From Strigamia acuminata (taxonomy: Eukaryota), in NCBI GenBank assembly GCA_949358305.1, contig OX442314.1, positions 2,542,001 through 2,606,000 of the forward strand: a stretch of DNA of 64,000 nt, in the 5' to 3' direction. The position numbers and the translations under genes are program-made. Position 1 is the first letter of the stretch. Every line of letters begins with the position of its first letter. Shown here piece by piece: positions 1 through 14,000 of the stretch. Below the pieces are notes generated by a model. The model was not told the DNA's origin. It ran no database searches and saw nothing but the letters and a program-made list of their open reading frames with translations.

Positions 1-372
1 GTCTTCTTCACATCTTAAAACTTCATCATTTGGTCTGCAAGGACTTCTCGGGGTATTTAATCGAACAAGCTGGAAAGATTAATCAACTAAGTGGCAATTT
101 GAACAGATTGAACAAATTGGGGCCCCAAATCAAAGAAAAATTTGATTTTGTCAAAACTGTCGATAATTTCTCAAAAGTGACAACAATTTATCAAATTTGA
201 TAAATCCGTCAATTTACGGTCGGCGCATTCAATAGCACTCGTTAAACATTTTTTCTATTTATATTTTTTTAATCAAGAGATTTAAATGACAACTGATGCA
301 GATTAAATTGGGTGCCATTTTTGAAATCTAATCACTCTATTTAAAATATTGCAATGGCTTTTCGAATGTGCT

Positions 373-976
373 TATACTCTGGCTTAGGTTGGCCTTTCGC
401 CCATTGGTCGAGCCACACACAAAAATAGACCAAAACACCAGAAATGCAATTCATGTTCACTACAAATTTTTTCAAAGTGAACCAAGTTCTAGATCGCGAA
501 CTTGAACCAATAGTTCAGTTTACTTTTCAAAATTTGTTTTTAAATTGAAATTACAACACTCAGCCCTGATTGGCTGTCACATAAAACGTCTAGTGGACGT
601 ATCATCAACATTTTCAAAATGTTGATGATATTTCCACTAGAAATGTCATTTTGTAAATTTCGAATTTGAATTTGAAATTAAAAAATTATCGAAAAAATTC
701 AATTGAATTGAAATTGTCAAATTGAGTGACTAATACCAACAGCCTCTAGGAACTTCCCTGCAACACAATCACTGATTTATTTATATTTTAAGAACTTAAC
801 AAAGTGAACGCAAACTTCGTTCACTTATAAAAGTGAACTAGTTCGCGATCTTAGTTCGCGAACGCGAACTAATAGTTTGCGTTCGATACAACACTGGTTG
901 TAGTACAGTTTACAGTTAGAAGTAGTGAGACTCGGCCAATGGCAGAAAAGGCAACCTTATAGTGAGCCAGAGTATA
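373..976. mobile_element. Degenerate MITE-like element
   Basis: Imperfect terminal inverted repeats TATACTCTGGCT (373-384) / AGCCAGAGTATA (965-976), extending to about 40 bp; non-coding interior. Confidence 0.45.
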
Positions 977-1389
977 GTGGAGTTATCATTTTTTGAATTC
1001 ACCGTTTGAGGGTTAAAGTTGACAAAAGCACTTAATTTGCTGGGTACATCAAAAAGATATTTCGGATGAAAAAATTGATTTGTTGGCAAAATGAAGTGCT
1101 GGAATACATAAAGTCAAATTAGTAACTACTGCAATTAACAGTGCGAAGGATGAACTTCTATCTCACTTCTCGTTTAAGAGGACAGTAGGGACTGGGCTGA
1201 TCGACAATCAATAGAAAGGTTCCTTTTCGAACAAATGGCCGGTCACCTGTGTACAAATATTTTAGTGAGAATTAAAAGAGACTTTTTTTTTTTTTTACCT
1301 TTATTGAATGCAGTACACATTCCATACACTGTTTGTTTTAATGAGAAGTTGGCAAAATAAAATGCAATATCCTCTGCTGTTGCCCCATA

Positions 1390-4300
1390 CTATAAGTTTG
1401 TTAAATTTTTACACTTTTGAATTGATAATTTAATATTCTGATTTTTTTTTACCTTGATTGCAGATCTTCGGTCTTTGTCGTATAAATCAAGACGAGACGA
1501 GACATTCCATAATTGCAGTGTTTGATTTGCGAATTCAGATAGTGGATGGAGTAAATCCAACAGTTGTAAATGATCACAATCAGTTGTGTTGAGTTTTTGG
1601 GCTAAGTCCTTTTTAGCAGCTGATATGATTGTACTATCTGTACATGCAATGATGAGTGGAAAATGAATTTTTTCATCTCTAATGAGTTTAACAGTTTTCA
1701 AGAGTTGAAATTGAAAATATGAATCAATCAAATGGTAAATGTAGTAGACAGATATCAAGCCAAAGAATAGTGAAGTTGTGATTTTGATCACTTTTTGAAC
1801 AAAAGTTGGTTTTCGGTTATTCTGTATCTTTTCAAGTGACATTTCAATTTTATCTGTCAACTTGGAATTTGCTGTTGTTGGTTTGTTGGTGCATGTTTTG
1901 CATGAGTGAATGAATATTTCGACCAAAGTCAAGCAAGACATGCCGAAATAGAGGCCGATGTTTCCTCCAATGTCGCATAGCAAATTGATGATGTCATAAG
2001 AAAAGCGTTCGACTAATGTTCGAACGAAAGTATTGACAACATAAATTTCTATTTTATTTCCATCATCAGGTGTTCTGTCGAATGTTTGGCTGAACCTTGT
2101 CTCATCACATACATTACCACATCCACACTGTGATGCTGTATCCTTATTTCTGATAACTCTTAGTATTTGTTTGCACTGAATCAAAGTGTCTTTGTCATTG
2201 CATTCCGGTAGATATTTCGCTTCATAAAATGGATATCTAATGTGACAACTTTTATTAAAGTTGACTTCTAATTTTTATTAATAACAGTTAAAGGTTCATT
2301 TTTCCCGCCATTATTTTTTTCCCGGGAAACGGGAAATTTTAATTCAATTTCCCGGGAATTCCCGGGAAATTCCGGGAATTCAACAAAATTAGGTATTTTT
2401 GCATTGAAAACAACAAAAAAAACCACTAGTCATTAAAACGAGTGTAAACACACTTTAAATGTGTTCACACTCGTTTTAATTGCAGCTAAGAATTGCTTTT
2501 CCTTTTCAAAACTGCAATCTTTCATATTTTGTGGTCCAAAATTGCAGTTAAACACATTTTGTTGTTCAAAATTGCAGTTAGACACATTTTGTTGTTCAAA
2601 ATTGCTATTAAACACATGATCTGGTTGTCAAAAATTTCAGTTAAACACATCTTCTTGTTTAAACTTGCTGTTAAAGAAGTTTAGTTGTTCAAAATTGCTG
2701 TTAAACAATGCGATGAGAAAGCGAAACGAATATGACGGGGACCGGAATGCGAAGCAAATACGACGGGAATGCCAAACGAATAAGAATTGCGACGGGAATG
2801 TGAAGCAAAGGCGACGGGAATGCGAAGCTAATGGGATGGGAATACGACGGGAATGCCAAAAGAATGCGAATTTTGACGGGAATGCGAAGCAAATGCGAAT
2901 TGCGACAGGAATGTGAAGTGAATGCAACGGGGATGCGATGGGAATGCGATGGGAATGCGACGGGAATGCGAAGAGAACACGACGGGATTGCGAAACAAAT
3001 GCAAATTGCGACGGGAATGCAAAACGAATGCGAATTGCGACGAAAATGCGAACCGAAGGAGACGGGAATGGGATGGAAATGCAAAGCAAATGCGACAGGA
3101 ATGCAACGTGTAAGCGACGTGAATGGAAGTTGCATTCACGCCGCTTACACGTTGCATTATGCAACATGTATGCGACGCAAATTCACCGAAAATAGGACTG
3201 TCAGACTGCCGGGAAAACCCGGGAAATTAAAATAAAATTCCCGGGAATCGGGAATTGAAAAATTGCGAAAATTCCCGGGAATTCCCGCCCGGGAATTCCC
3301 GGGAATGAACCTTTAATAACAGTCAGATAAAAAAAAATATTTTTGAAATGTGTTGATTTGTGATTTATGCACGGAAAGGAATATTTTTTCATTGATTTCT
3401 GTTATTGAGTCGAATTAAAAGACTTACTTGCATTTCATTTGTTTGACGAGACATGGGCGTACGCAATCATGTAAATAATTATTACATGGATTTTTCTTAG
3501 TGTTGAAATAGTGATACTAAAATACAAGTTTCATATTCTTGTATTATTATAGGGCTTTCTCTAAATTACGTAGCGTCTTAGGGCGGTTCTGTTTATTATC
3601 TTATTTTCTAAGGAGGGAGGGAATTTGTTACAGAGATTTGATATTAAGTGTTGATGTTAATTCTAGTCAACCAAAACACAGCATTACGTAAATTACTGAC
3701 AGCCCTTATTACTCATTAGGAAATAATTGGCAGTTGTGCTTAAATAAAACTGATAGATTGAAGAAATGCTTCTGATTAATGGCTAGAAAATAATTCACTT
3801 TTCTGTTTGAATTAATTATTAATTTAATCCTTACTTCTTGCACTCTAATTCCAACTATATTTTTGCCATTTTTCATTTCTAAGGCATTTTTCTCTTCCGC
3901 GTATAAATGATAAACGACTGCTGATGGATCTATTAACACCTTGAAATTGAATGTAATGGTTTCAAGAATGAGTATTAAACTTTATTACGAAATATTTCAC
4001 AATTTTGACAGCTCATTTTGTAAATATGTGGTGTCTAACTTTGTGGTGTGAGAAATGCAAAATAAATTGTGAGAATTGTCGATGAAATTACATACTCACC
4101 TGAAGATATTTACAATGCTTGGGAAAATTAAGATTTATGACCATCTTATGAGCAGCATTCCCATATGGGAACGAAATTGCTAAGGAAAAAAGGAACTTGT
4201 AAAAATAAAGAATACAGGAATTATTGTTGACTTACGACTGGAAACTTGTGCAGTGGTCTCATCCACAGTCTCATAATTTGCAATTGTAAGGTTAATGCGC

Positions 4301-4865
4301 GTTTTAGGCTGCAAATATATTTTTTTCCAAATTCGATCAAACTTTTCTCGTTTGGTATAGAGAAAAAATGAAAAAGATTTACTGTTTTGAAGTAGGCATC
4401 AGTTATATAACTAAGTGAAGTAGAATATTGTAGAATATCACTGACATTAAAGTCTGAAAATGGTGGGTGCATTCGACCATAACTACATTGATCTTTGTCG
4501 GCAGATTTTTTTGTGTTGTTGAAAATGAAATTGTTAAATTCTTGGTTAGTAAATGGATATAAATACAAATAGGGAGAGGAACCATGCGTTGTATCAATCA
4601 TGTGTGCATCAACTGCTGTGGGTTCGTCCATGAAATACAATACCCGATCTACTGTTTGATACACACAAGCTGCCAAATTGATAATTAGTAACACACAAAG
4701 TAAAATCTTGATATTTCGTTTCTTCTCCGAGATATTTGTCAAACATTTGATGAATGCCGGAGTACTCTGTTGCTTCGACATAGTAGTGCGAACAAGTTGA
4801 AGCAGTTTTCGTCTTCTCATTTGTTGGATTTGGCCCACTGGTCGATTTGATTCCTCTCTCTCCAT
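1390..4865 (-). CDS. Multi-exon DEG/ENaC (pickpocket-like) channel gene, probably continuing leftwards; exon boundaries approximate
   Basis: ORF 4221-4865 has the N-terminus and TM1 (ILLCVLLIINLAACVYQ...YF.EPT). ORF 1390-2184 has Cys-rich thumb residues and the TM2 signature LCDIGGNIGLYFGMSCLTLVEIF (GxS filter). Minus-strand GT/AG sites lie near 4180, 4099, 3940, 3833, 3428, 2252 and 1452. Confidence 0.75.
2289..3315. mobile_element. hAT-type non-autonomous element (MITE) in an intron of the ENaC-like gene
   Basis: TIR TAAAGGTTCAT/ATGAACCTTTA; 8-bp TSD ATAACAGT (2281-2288, 3316-3323); subterminal TTCCCGGGAA motifs; internal 30-bp tandem repeats and GCGACGGGAAT repeats. Confidence 0.85.
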
Positions 4866-5133
4866 TGTTCCTTTTAAGTGCAGTTATCGATGTGGTACGA
4901 AGCTGTTGAGATTAATATTTAACTTATTACTTTAATTTATTGTCAGCTGACATGTATAAATTCCTTCCATGTGTAGTAACATTTTTTTTATTTAATCAAG
5001 TGTGATCAGTTTCAAGTCAACCAGACCAACAAACACTCAAATGACCTACTTCGGTCAGTTCAGAAAGTTTGGAATAATCCAAATTTTCATGAGCACATCA
5101 TTGTTAGAAGGCATTTTGGCATTGCTGGAATAA

Positions 5134-6180
5134 TAATGGTATTAGTATCACATGATCTGATCGTGGGATCATCTTGTAATGAATCTGTAGGCATGTCACT
5201 AACAAGTTAGTGACATAAGATGATCCCACGATCAGATCATGTGATACTAATACCATTATATCATATTCACATTGCTCTTTAGATGTATGTGAGTTATTGT
5301 AGCAAAATCTATTTCTATAGGTTCAGGCAAACAACTGATCTTCAGCGGTTAGGATGAGAAAATTTTCAAAAATTTTGCAGTCAGCATCGGAATTTACAGC
5401 TCCTCAAATGAAACATAAGCTCCTTTTGTCATTATAATCGACACAGCTCCGCATCATTACTTTAGCAGAAATTTTTACAGTTTTTTATTTCGAAGTGGCT
5501 ACGTTCATGTCTCTCTTGAACGTATTATTTTCATGACGCTCTGTGATTGGTTGAGAGATGCATTGAAATACATTGATGAAAATCCTCATTTTGTTGACTT
5601 TGCTAAAAACGGATAAGGTTAGGTCTGTAAAAGGGAAGCTAAAACCTTGAGAACATCAAATTTGAGAAAACTTATGTCGAGGAAACGAATTGACATCAAT
5701 GGGTCTCAGCTAATCACAGCGCGTCATGAAAATAATACGTTCACGTCGGACATGAACGTAGCCACTGCCTTTTTATTTAGATTATTTAGACCAACACAAA
5801 ACATGATTTTATCACTAAAGCAACCACCTATCCATTGTTCAACTATGAAATGCTTATATTTTTAGGTCTAAATAATGATGAGAAGATTTGGAGACTCAAA
5901 CATGAAACTAGCCACCCAGATGGCTTAAAACAAACTGTAGAAATATTTGATAAAATAATGATGCAGAGTTGTGCCGATTATAATGACACAAGGGGCTTGA
6001 GTTTCATTTGAGGAGCTGTAAATTTCGATGCTGACTGCAAAATTTTTGAAAATTTTCTCATCCCAACAGCTAAAGATCAGTTGTTTGCCTGAACCTATGG
6101 TGATAGATTTTGCTACAAAAACTCACATACATGTAAAGAGCCATGTAAATATGACAGAATGGTATTGGTATCACATGATC
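5134..6180. repeat. Foldback/MITE-like inverted-repeat complex
   Basis: Palindrome at 5134-5259, and inverted arms of about 240 bp at ~5234-5475 and ~5945-6180. Confidence 0.65.
5495..5766. mobile_element. Small MITE nested in the foldback
   Basis: TIR AGTGGCTACGTTCATGTC / GACATGAACGTAGCCACT, extending imperfectly to about 60 bp. Confidence 0.65.
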
Positions 6181-7574
6181 TTGTAATCGTTATTCTGGTT
6201 CGTGTCGTCTAATTCTTCGTCTGTATCGATCCGAGAGGTGCGGTTGACTTGCTTGCACCGCCACAACTTAGGATGGACATTGGTTTAAATAAATGACTCC
6301 ATTTATTTACCAATGTTATAAATGTTATAAATGTAATAAATAGGGTTAACTTTGCAATCACACAGTTGCCATCGTAATTTGCCTTGCCATGTAGAACCGT
6401 ATCGCGCGTGCTCTATGCAGCAACACAGTCATCCATTTAGAATGGTAGACGGGACTGCACAAACAGGGCAGTATAGCACCCAGCCCCGCACAGCAGTTTA
6501 ACCACACGTGGTACTACTGGCAAACAGACTGGTTTGGCACAATTACTGCAGAAATCAGTTGGCCAAACACTTGGTGATACTTCGGTTAACTACTTGCTCT
6601 TTACCAAGCATGCAGACTGTTTTGGCACCGCCAGGTGATGGAAGCAATTTTTTACAATAACAGTGGCTGAATGTTTTGGTACCGCACAAGGCCACTCAGC
6701 TCTGCCAGGAGAATGCATGTTTACCTACACAGCAGTGCACACTCGGCAAAGCCGTCGACTGAAACATGAATATCTAGACCTACGTCTTCAATTGACGGAG
6801 TTGCATTGTTCAGCAGAACAATGTACGGTTTCAAAAGATACAAATCAATATGAAACCAAAAAACCAAAAGCAAGACTGGGGACTTCCTGTTAGGAAATAT
6901 ACAGTGTCGATGGGATTAAATCCTACCACTCCCGTGTTACAGGAAGTGGATACGAAGGAGCATAATTCAGATTATGCTAATCCTTGTCACAAACCGGACC
7001 TGGATACCCAGGACCGGGAATGAATTCCGAGAACACATTCCGCATCGCAATCTATAAACCAATAATCCGTAATGGTTTAGTTTCTCGTAGAATTAACAGG
7101 TTACTTCCGTTCTTATTAAATAATGATATATCATTATATTATTGTTCAAATATTACTCTTTACTTGCAGTAAACATATCAATATGCTCACATTATTATTT
7201 TCATGATAGTTTTGTGATTCCATATTTGAATCTGTCGCTAGTACCTAGTGGCGCCCTCTATAAATACTATCGCGCTTTTATAATTGTGGTTTTATTTTGT
7301 CACAAGTGGAACAGGGTGTCAGCGATGAGAGAGCAAGCGACAAAAGAATTTGCGACTGTCTATGTTCAAAAATGTGCACAAACTAACTTTATTCGGTTTT
7401 TACAAATTCCAAAGTAAACAAATCAATTTTCCGAAAATATATAATACGATGTCTTCCATTGGCCGCTCTGTCCCGACGTCATCAAGCAACACCGACAGGT
7501 GCGCCGCGTGGCAGGTGTTTGCCTCGATCGTCAGGTCAACGAACGTGAGGTCAACGTGAGGTCAACGTCTGACC

Positions 7575-8460
7575 TCACACAGGGTTTCGGGCCTGACCAG
7601 CGGTGGTGTCTACGTACGTACGGTCAAGTGGGTTGAGTGGATTAGGAGTGTCGGTCCTCGTGTGTGTAGGCAAGGCCGGGATCAGGAGTGTGGGAGGCGG
7701 TTGGCGCAACGAAGCAATGAGATCGTCGTGGCACGATAATTTCGCATTCATGCCAGACACGAGACTATGGAGTTGGTGCAAGGACGTGCGTATCTGGTCT
7801 AGGTCGCTGGTCGTGGGGGTGGTGGCAGAGGCGACGGTATTTACTGTGACCAGCTGCCCCTGCGCACGGGTCGCTGCACTGCAACAGCAATACACTTGGC
7901 GCAGCTCCAGCGCCTCTCGTCTCTTGCGCAGCCTGTTGCGGTCTTCCGCAACCAGGTGGAGCTGCGGGCCTTTGGTCAGCAGGATCGGGCCCCGGAAGTC
8001 GCCTCTTCCGGAAGTGGTTGGGCCCCGTAGGGACCAGGGAGTTGTTCAACAGCCAGCAAGGTGAACGGTCGCGTTGCAACCACCTCCAAACTGACTGCTA
8101 CGATAACCCAAGCTATCGGCGTGGCGACGCTGTCGCCCGCCGGGACCTGAGCATCCAGTTGCGCCACGTCTGCCGTACGTTCTCCGTAACTTACAGCGGC
8201 GTGGCCCAAACCGATTACCGACCACGCGTGTCATGGCGGCCGATGGCGGCCGTGCCACGCGATCTGATTAGGGGCGGTTTGAAGGAACCGCCGCATTAGG
8301 GAAATACACTATGGGACACTGCTTCATACCCCTAGACAACTAATAAAGCCAATAACCAAAACTATATTGTGTCTCCGTGTATTTCGTGGTTAGTTTTATC
8401 GTGTGTGTTGCGTCCAGCGCCTCATGGCCCTCCCCAAGACCACATGGCGTCCGTCCGAAC
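7575..8460. pseudogene. GC-rich, degenerate LTR-retroelement remnant (possible Gypsy gag fragment on the minus strand)
   Basis: GC island in AT-rich DNA; minus-strand fragments AQLDAQ and TSDLDQIRTSLHQL resemble Gypsy gag; plus-strand AATAAA...CCACA followed by TGGCG (LTR end/PBS-like) at ~8342-8450. Confidence 0.35.
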
Positions 8461-9424
8461 ACTCACATTACGTTGGTTAGTGCGGCGGCGGGGGCGGTAT
8501 AGTAGGTGCGGGAGCGTTACCTTCCGTTATTTGGGTGGCAATATTATCGTCAGGGTCTGTAGGAGGGTCCTCGTCATCAGTCAGGATGGAATTTACGTCG
8601 TCTTGATCGTTAGCGGAACGTTTTGGATGGTCTTGGCAAGTCGGCGCCACGTGGTTGGCATCGGCGCGAAATTGAGGATAAGTCGAATTTTTTTGGCTCC
8701 AGATTCAAATTTGTTTTTTCTAGCTTTTGTAGCAGATTTTCCAGTACATATTTCGTTGAAAATTCCAATGAAATCGCTTATATTACCTAAAATTAAGACT
8801 CGGTTCGGCAGAGTGGAAGATTAATGGAATTGCCACTGCAATGCAGTATATTGATGTTGTGTCTGTTGGAAGAGTAATTTAAAATTAATGACAACTTAAA
8901 TAATTTATCACTAAGACTTGATTATAACTAATCACCAGTTGAATGTCAGAAAACCAACCATTAAAATGTTTTGAAAGACATTTGCTAGATGAAATAATGA
9001 TGTTGCTCTGTAATAACTATGTTCATGTTTCTTCTGGACAGTAAACATCAATAATATTTTGCAAAGAAATATGATTGCATCTTCCATGTACTTGACCCAA
9101 ATGCCAGGAGCTATTGAGCAATATATAGTACGGTATACAGGGTGGTCAGAAAGTCTGGTTCTCAGTAAATAATTCCCAAACTGTTCTAGATGTTGATTCA
9201 GCAAAATTATTGTAAGGGTGGTATGTCGGGGGAAATCCAAGTATGACATCCAATTTGACCTCTGAGGTCATCTTCGAGGTCATCCATATTGTAACTCGAG
9301 AACCGCGACAGATAGACCAAAAAGGTGAATTAGAAAGTTGTAGAGCATCATCCAATTAGTCTAGAACCGTTCTTAAAAAAATTATTTCTTACTGAAAAGT
9401 TTTGTATACAACACTGGACATATA

Positions 9425-9655
9425 CAGTGGTGGCCAAAAGTTTGGCACCATCCCCAAGCCATTTCACCAATAAAAAATACTACGGTATTATTAATTACAA
9501 TACATGGTTTGTTTAAATGTTTTAGCATTTTCTAAGGCAGAATTTAATGCTAAATTCATATTTTGTATCAGAAAGATGTTGCAGGCTTTACTTTTTTGTC
9601 AAAACACAAAATCGTGCAAGTGACAGTAGTGGTGCTAAACTTTTAGCCACCACTG
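9425..9655. mobile_element. Tc1/mariner-like MITE
   Basis: TIR CAGTGGTGGCCAAAAGTTTGGCACCA / TGGTGCTAAACTTTTAGCCACCACTG, preceded by TA. Confidence 0.6.
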
Positions 9656-10555
9656 CATATGTCCAGTGTTGTATTTGTTACTAGAGGACATATAATATGT
9701 CCTCCACTCACCACCACCTGGTTAGTTACAAAAATTTTGACTAAGTTTATATGATGATAGTTTTCCAGATAAGTGAAAAATTATATTTTGTTTACTATCT
9801 AGAAAACAGTGTGAGTTTACACGGCATTAGTTTACTTACGGTAATTACACCTAATGCGTTGACAGGAACACCAAAATGGCTGTCGATCTACTTCAATTCA
9901 AGCCTTAAACAAACCAAATTTAGCACGTCTAACTTCACCCAAAAGCTAGAAACATTAACCTTTTTACACCTAGTGATATCACTTGTCAGGCCCACTCATA
10001 ACTATAATATTGAAACTTAGATTAATGTTTAACGTGTGTAATGTTTCAGTGGCACTCAGGGCCCACTTGCCATTAGGCAAGCTGGCCCTATTGCCAGCCC
10101 GCCACCGCTTTGCGCTCATACTGGACGGATAGTTTCAGAAGGGTTAATATCACCGCAAATCCTCCAATAGAATGAGGAGTGTGTTCTAATTTCAAAATCC
10201 TGAATTTTTTCCTTCTCCTATTAGAGACCTGGAAGCATTCTGCAAGAATCTTGCGTGAATACTGCGCATCTGCGCAACATCCTGCATTTTATTATTTCTT
10301 GTGCGATGCAGAGAAGATTCAAGGGGATGTTTTAATTTTAAATAATTTTAGTTTCTGATCCAAATAAGCATAAGAATGAATTCAACAAGCAGATTGTCCT
10401 TCGAATTGATACGAAAGAAAACGTTGAATTTCAAGCACCTCAAAAATGAAGGAATTCTCTACAATTTTGTAAATTTTATAAAAATAGAAAAACAAATAAA
10501 AACATAATCAGAAAACGATTTTCTTTATGTCTATACAGAGAGTAAAGTTAATAAC

Positions 10556-10763
10556 TGTTGGGATATTTGTTGTGGAAAATCACCACTTGATGTCATTAAC
10601 TGTGTAGCTTGCGTAGTTTTTTGCTTGTGTATCCTGTGGTGACACTCATACCATATATGGAGTGCTCACTTCCTGTGTTCCCCACTCATCTGCTCAATGT
10701 GTAACTGTGAGGACACACATTTCATTGTATTAAACTCAACCGTATTTATCTTGAATCATAACA
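10556..10763 (+). repeat. Copia 5' LTR
   Basis: TGTTGGGATA...CATAACA; only one mismatch seen versus 45076-45283. Confidence 0.97.
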
Positions 10764-10765
10764 AA

Positions 10766-10776
10766 TGGTAGCAGAG
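10766..10776 (+). promoter_or_regulatory. Primer-binding site, tRNA-iMet
   Basis: TGGTAGCAGAG 2 nt after the LTR, complementary to the 3' end of animal initiator tRNA. Confidence 0.85.
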
Positions 10777-11065
10777 AGGAAGGTTGAACACACATCAGCC
10801 ACATTGAATTGAAGAAAAACGGTATTGAGACCGAAATTTGAGCAGATTCGAGGCGGCGATCGAGAGCAGACACGAGGCGAAAATCGAGAGCAACGCCGCG
10901 CCATCTTGAAGCGCACGATACGAGACGAGAAGCAACTTCAACAAAAGCAGTGACAAACAATTCGAGGTGAATTAAACAATATTGAGATTGTGTCACAGCA
11001 TCGAGACGGAAGAAAAAGCTGAACAATACGTGCAATTCAAACAACGAGACGAGAAACCAACAAAG

Positions 11066-14000
11066 ATGAGCAATACCGGTAATTGGAGTTTGGCAAACAT
11101 TGAGCCATTAAATGATGCGAATTATTTCCTATGGGAATCAAGAGTGGAGGGAATTCTTAGAGCCAAGAAATTGTGGAAAGAAGTAATTGTAGGAGCCGAA
11201 CCGCAACGAGGAGTCCAAGGAGAAGCGGATTTTGCCGCAAAAGAGAAGACCTGGGACGAATGGGACGATAAAAACGCGGCGGCCCACTTCACGATGATCA
11301 GCACAATGACGGCACCACAAGTTTTGAAGTATTCAAACACAAAAGGTGCAAAGGCACTTTGGGATTTGGTAAAAACCAACATGGCGGCGAAAACCCAATA
11401 ATTACAGATGAGAAGTGCCCGCGAGCTGACGCAGCTAAAGATGAACAGCAAAGAAGATGTAGACACCTACATAAACAGAGCCGAAGCCATAATTAACCGC
11501 TGTGCAAAACTTGGCAAACCAATTGACGACTATGAGAGCAAGTTTTATGTGACGAAAGGCTTACGACGAGAATTTGACGCGAATGTGCGCGCAATTGAAG
11601 TGCAGGCGAATTTAGACATGTCAAAAATTCGTGACATACTAAAACTGGAAGAAGGACGAATTTCAACCAGAAAAGAGAGAAAAATGCGACAACAAATGAA
11701 ACCGCACTCAAGACACGTGAGAGAGGGCAGAAACCAAAGCGCACATGTTTCAACTGTGGTCGCGGAGGGCACATGGCGAGAGAGTGCTACAGTGAGGCAA
11801 AATGTTTTAACTGCCAGGAGTTTGGCCACCTATCGAAAGATAGTTCGAAACCAAAGCGAGAGTTTAAAAGTGGCGACTCAAGAGGACGTGGACGAGGCAG
11901 AAGCGGTCAGCGAGGTCGCGGCAGAGGAAAGAGCGAGACGTCAATGATGGCATTTGAAGAAAAGGCGGAATTCACGCTCATGACGTACGAGATGGATGAA
12001 AACACCAATGATGAAGAGACGAATGAAGAAAGCGATTGGGTGTTGGATTCCGGATCGACAAGCCACATGACGGCACTGGATGCAAAACATTTTGATGTAT
12101 TTGACGAGGATGAAAAGAATATCGGAATGGCGAAGAAAGGAAAAAGCATGAAATTGATTGGAATGGGCGAGATTGTGCTCGAACATGACGGGAAAAATTC
12201 CAGATTAAAGAAAGTGTTGTGCGTACCACAAATTGGAAACAATTTGTTGTCAGTATCGAAAATTGTCGATAATGGACTAAAAGTCACATTCTCCAAAACA
12301 AGCGCAACAATTAATGATGAAAATGGAGAACAAGTTATGATGGTGCCAAGAAAAGGAGGAAAAAGACAACAATTGGCACGTGAGATTGGGACATTTAAAT
12401 TACAACACCCTGAGAGAGATGAAAAATGAAGAACTAGCATACGGCATAGAAATTAGCAGCAAAGGTGGTGCCGTGTGTGAACCATGCATCGCGGGAAAGA
12501 TGAAAAAGACGTCGCACAAGTCGGTAACAGATCGCCAATCGTCAAGCATCATGGAATTATGGCACATTGACCTAATTGGACCAATTGGACCCGAATCTCG
12601 AGGAGGCGCAAACTATGTGATGACTGTAGTGGACGATTGGAGCCGGATGTTGATGGTAAAAACATTAAATGCAAAAAGCGACGCGAAGGAGAAGTTAACA
12701 GAACTTATCATTGGGATGGAAAGACAAACTGACAAAAAGCTGAAAAAATTGCGGAGCGACAATGGAGGCGAGTTCTTATCAAAAAGCATGAAGGAATGGA
12801 CAACAAAAAGAAGCATTGAACACCAGCTGACCACAGCATTTAACCCGGCTAGCAATGGCGTCGCGGAACGCGCGAACCGGACAATCATGGAGATGTTGAG
12901 AGCAATTTTGAAAAACTGCAAACTGCCAAAGATTTTTTGGGCAGAATGCGCATCGACAGTGGCACACATCCGCAACCGGTGCAAATCGTCAGTTCATGGA
13001 CGCACACCATTTGAGATATGGTTTGGCAGAAAACCAAATTTAAAATATTTGAGAAGATTTGGATGTATAGCATATGTGCTAATCAAGGATCACAAACGAA
13101 AGAAATTGGATCCCAAGGCGGAAAAAGCAATATTTATTGGCTACTCAAATACAAGGAAGGCATACCGGATTTACCACCCGGAAAGCGATTCGATTAGTGA
13201 AGAAATCGATGTGAAATTTGATGAGAGTAAAATTGGCGCAGATTTGCTGAATGAGGGCATCCAAGTTGATGAAGAGATTGAAACAGTCAAAATCGATCTG
13301 AACTGCGAAGAAAATGAAGATGAAACAGACGATAGCGAGGAAGAACAAAACGAGATAAATGAAGAAGATGAAGCCAATGAACCGGATGACAACACGGAAG
13401 AAAACGACACTGAGGTCGAACGTGACGAACCACCACAGAGGGGGCGACCAGCGGGGGTGACCAGGGAAATGAAATTGGTCGCCGATAAAGTGCAAAGAGA
13501 AGAACACGAGAAGAGACTGGTTGACCAGGGAGCGCGAAGATCTGAGAGAATTAAGACGAAGCAAATGGCATTACTAGTAGAAGAAATCTTAACGCCGAAA
13601 AATTTCCACGAAGCGACAAACTCCCATCACGCGACAGACTGGAAGGCCGCGATGGATGACGAGATGAGCTCGATGAAACAACACGGAGTGTGGAAAATTG
13701 GAAAATTGCCAAAAGGAAAGAAGGCAGTGAAATCCAAGTGGGTTTATAAAGTCAAGTTAAATTCCGAAGGAGAACCGGAAAGATTCCGAGCAAGACTAGT
13801 AGCCACTGGATACTCGCAGAAATTCGGGGACGATTACGAGCTGACCTTTGCCCCGGTCATCAGGATAGAGACACTGAGAATGCTGATCAACGTGGCAGCA
13901 AAAATTAATAGACCATTAAAACAACATGATGTAAAAGCCGCAGCAAGCTGAAAGAGATGATATTCATGATACAGCCAGAAGGATACATTGAAGGAGGAAA

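Noticed and set aside
2319..2380. TTCCCGGGAA clusters as STAT sites
   Set aside because: Symmetric subterminal position at both MITE ends is better explained as transposase-binding repeats
2433..3235. Many overlapping ORFs on both strands
   Set aside because: By-products of stop-poor tandem repeats within a MITE
6182..6941. Possible solo LTR (TGTAA...TTACA)
   Set aside because: No matching TSD or second copy seen
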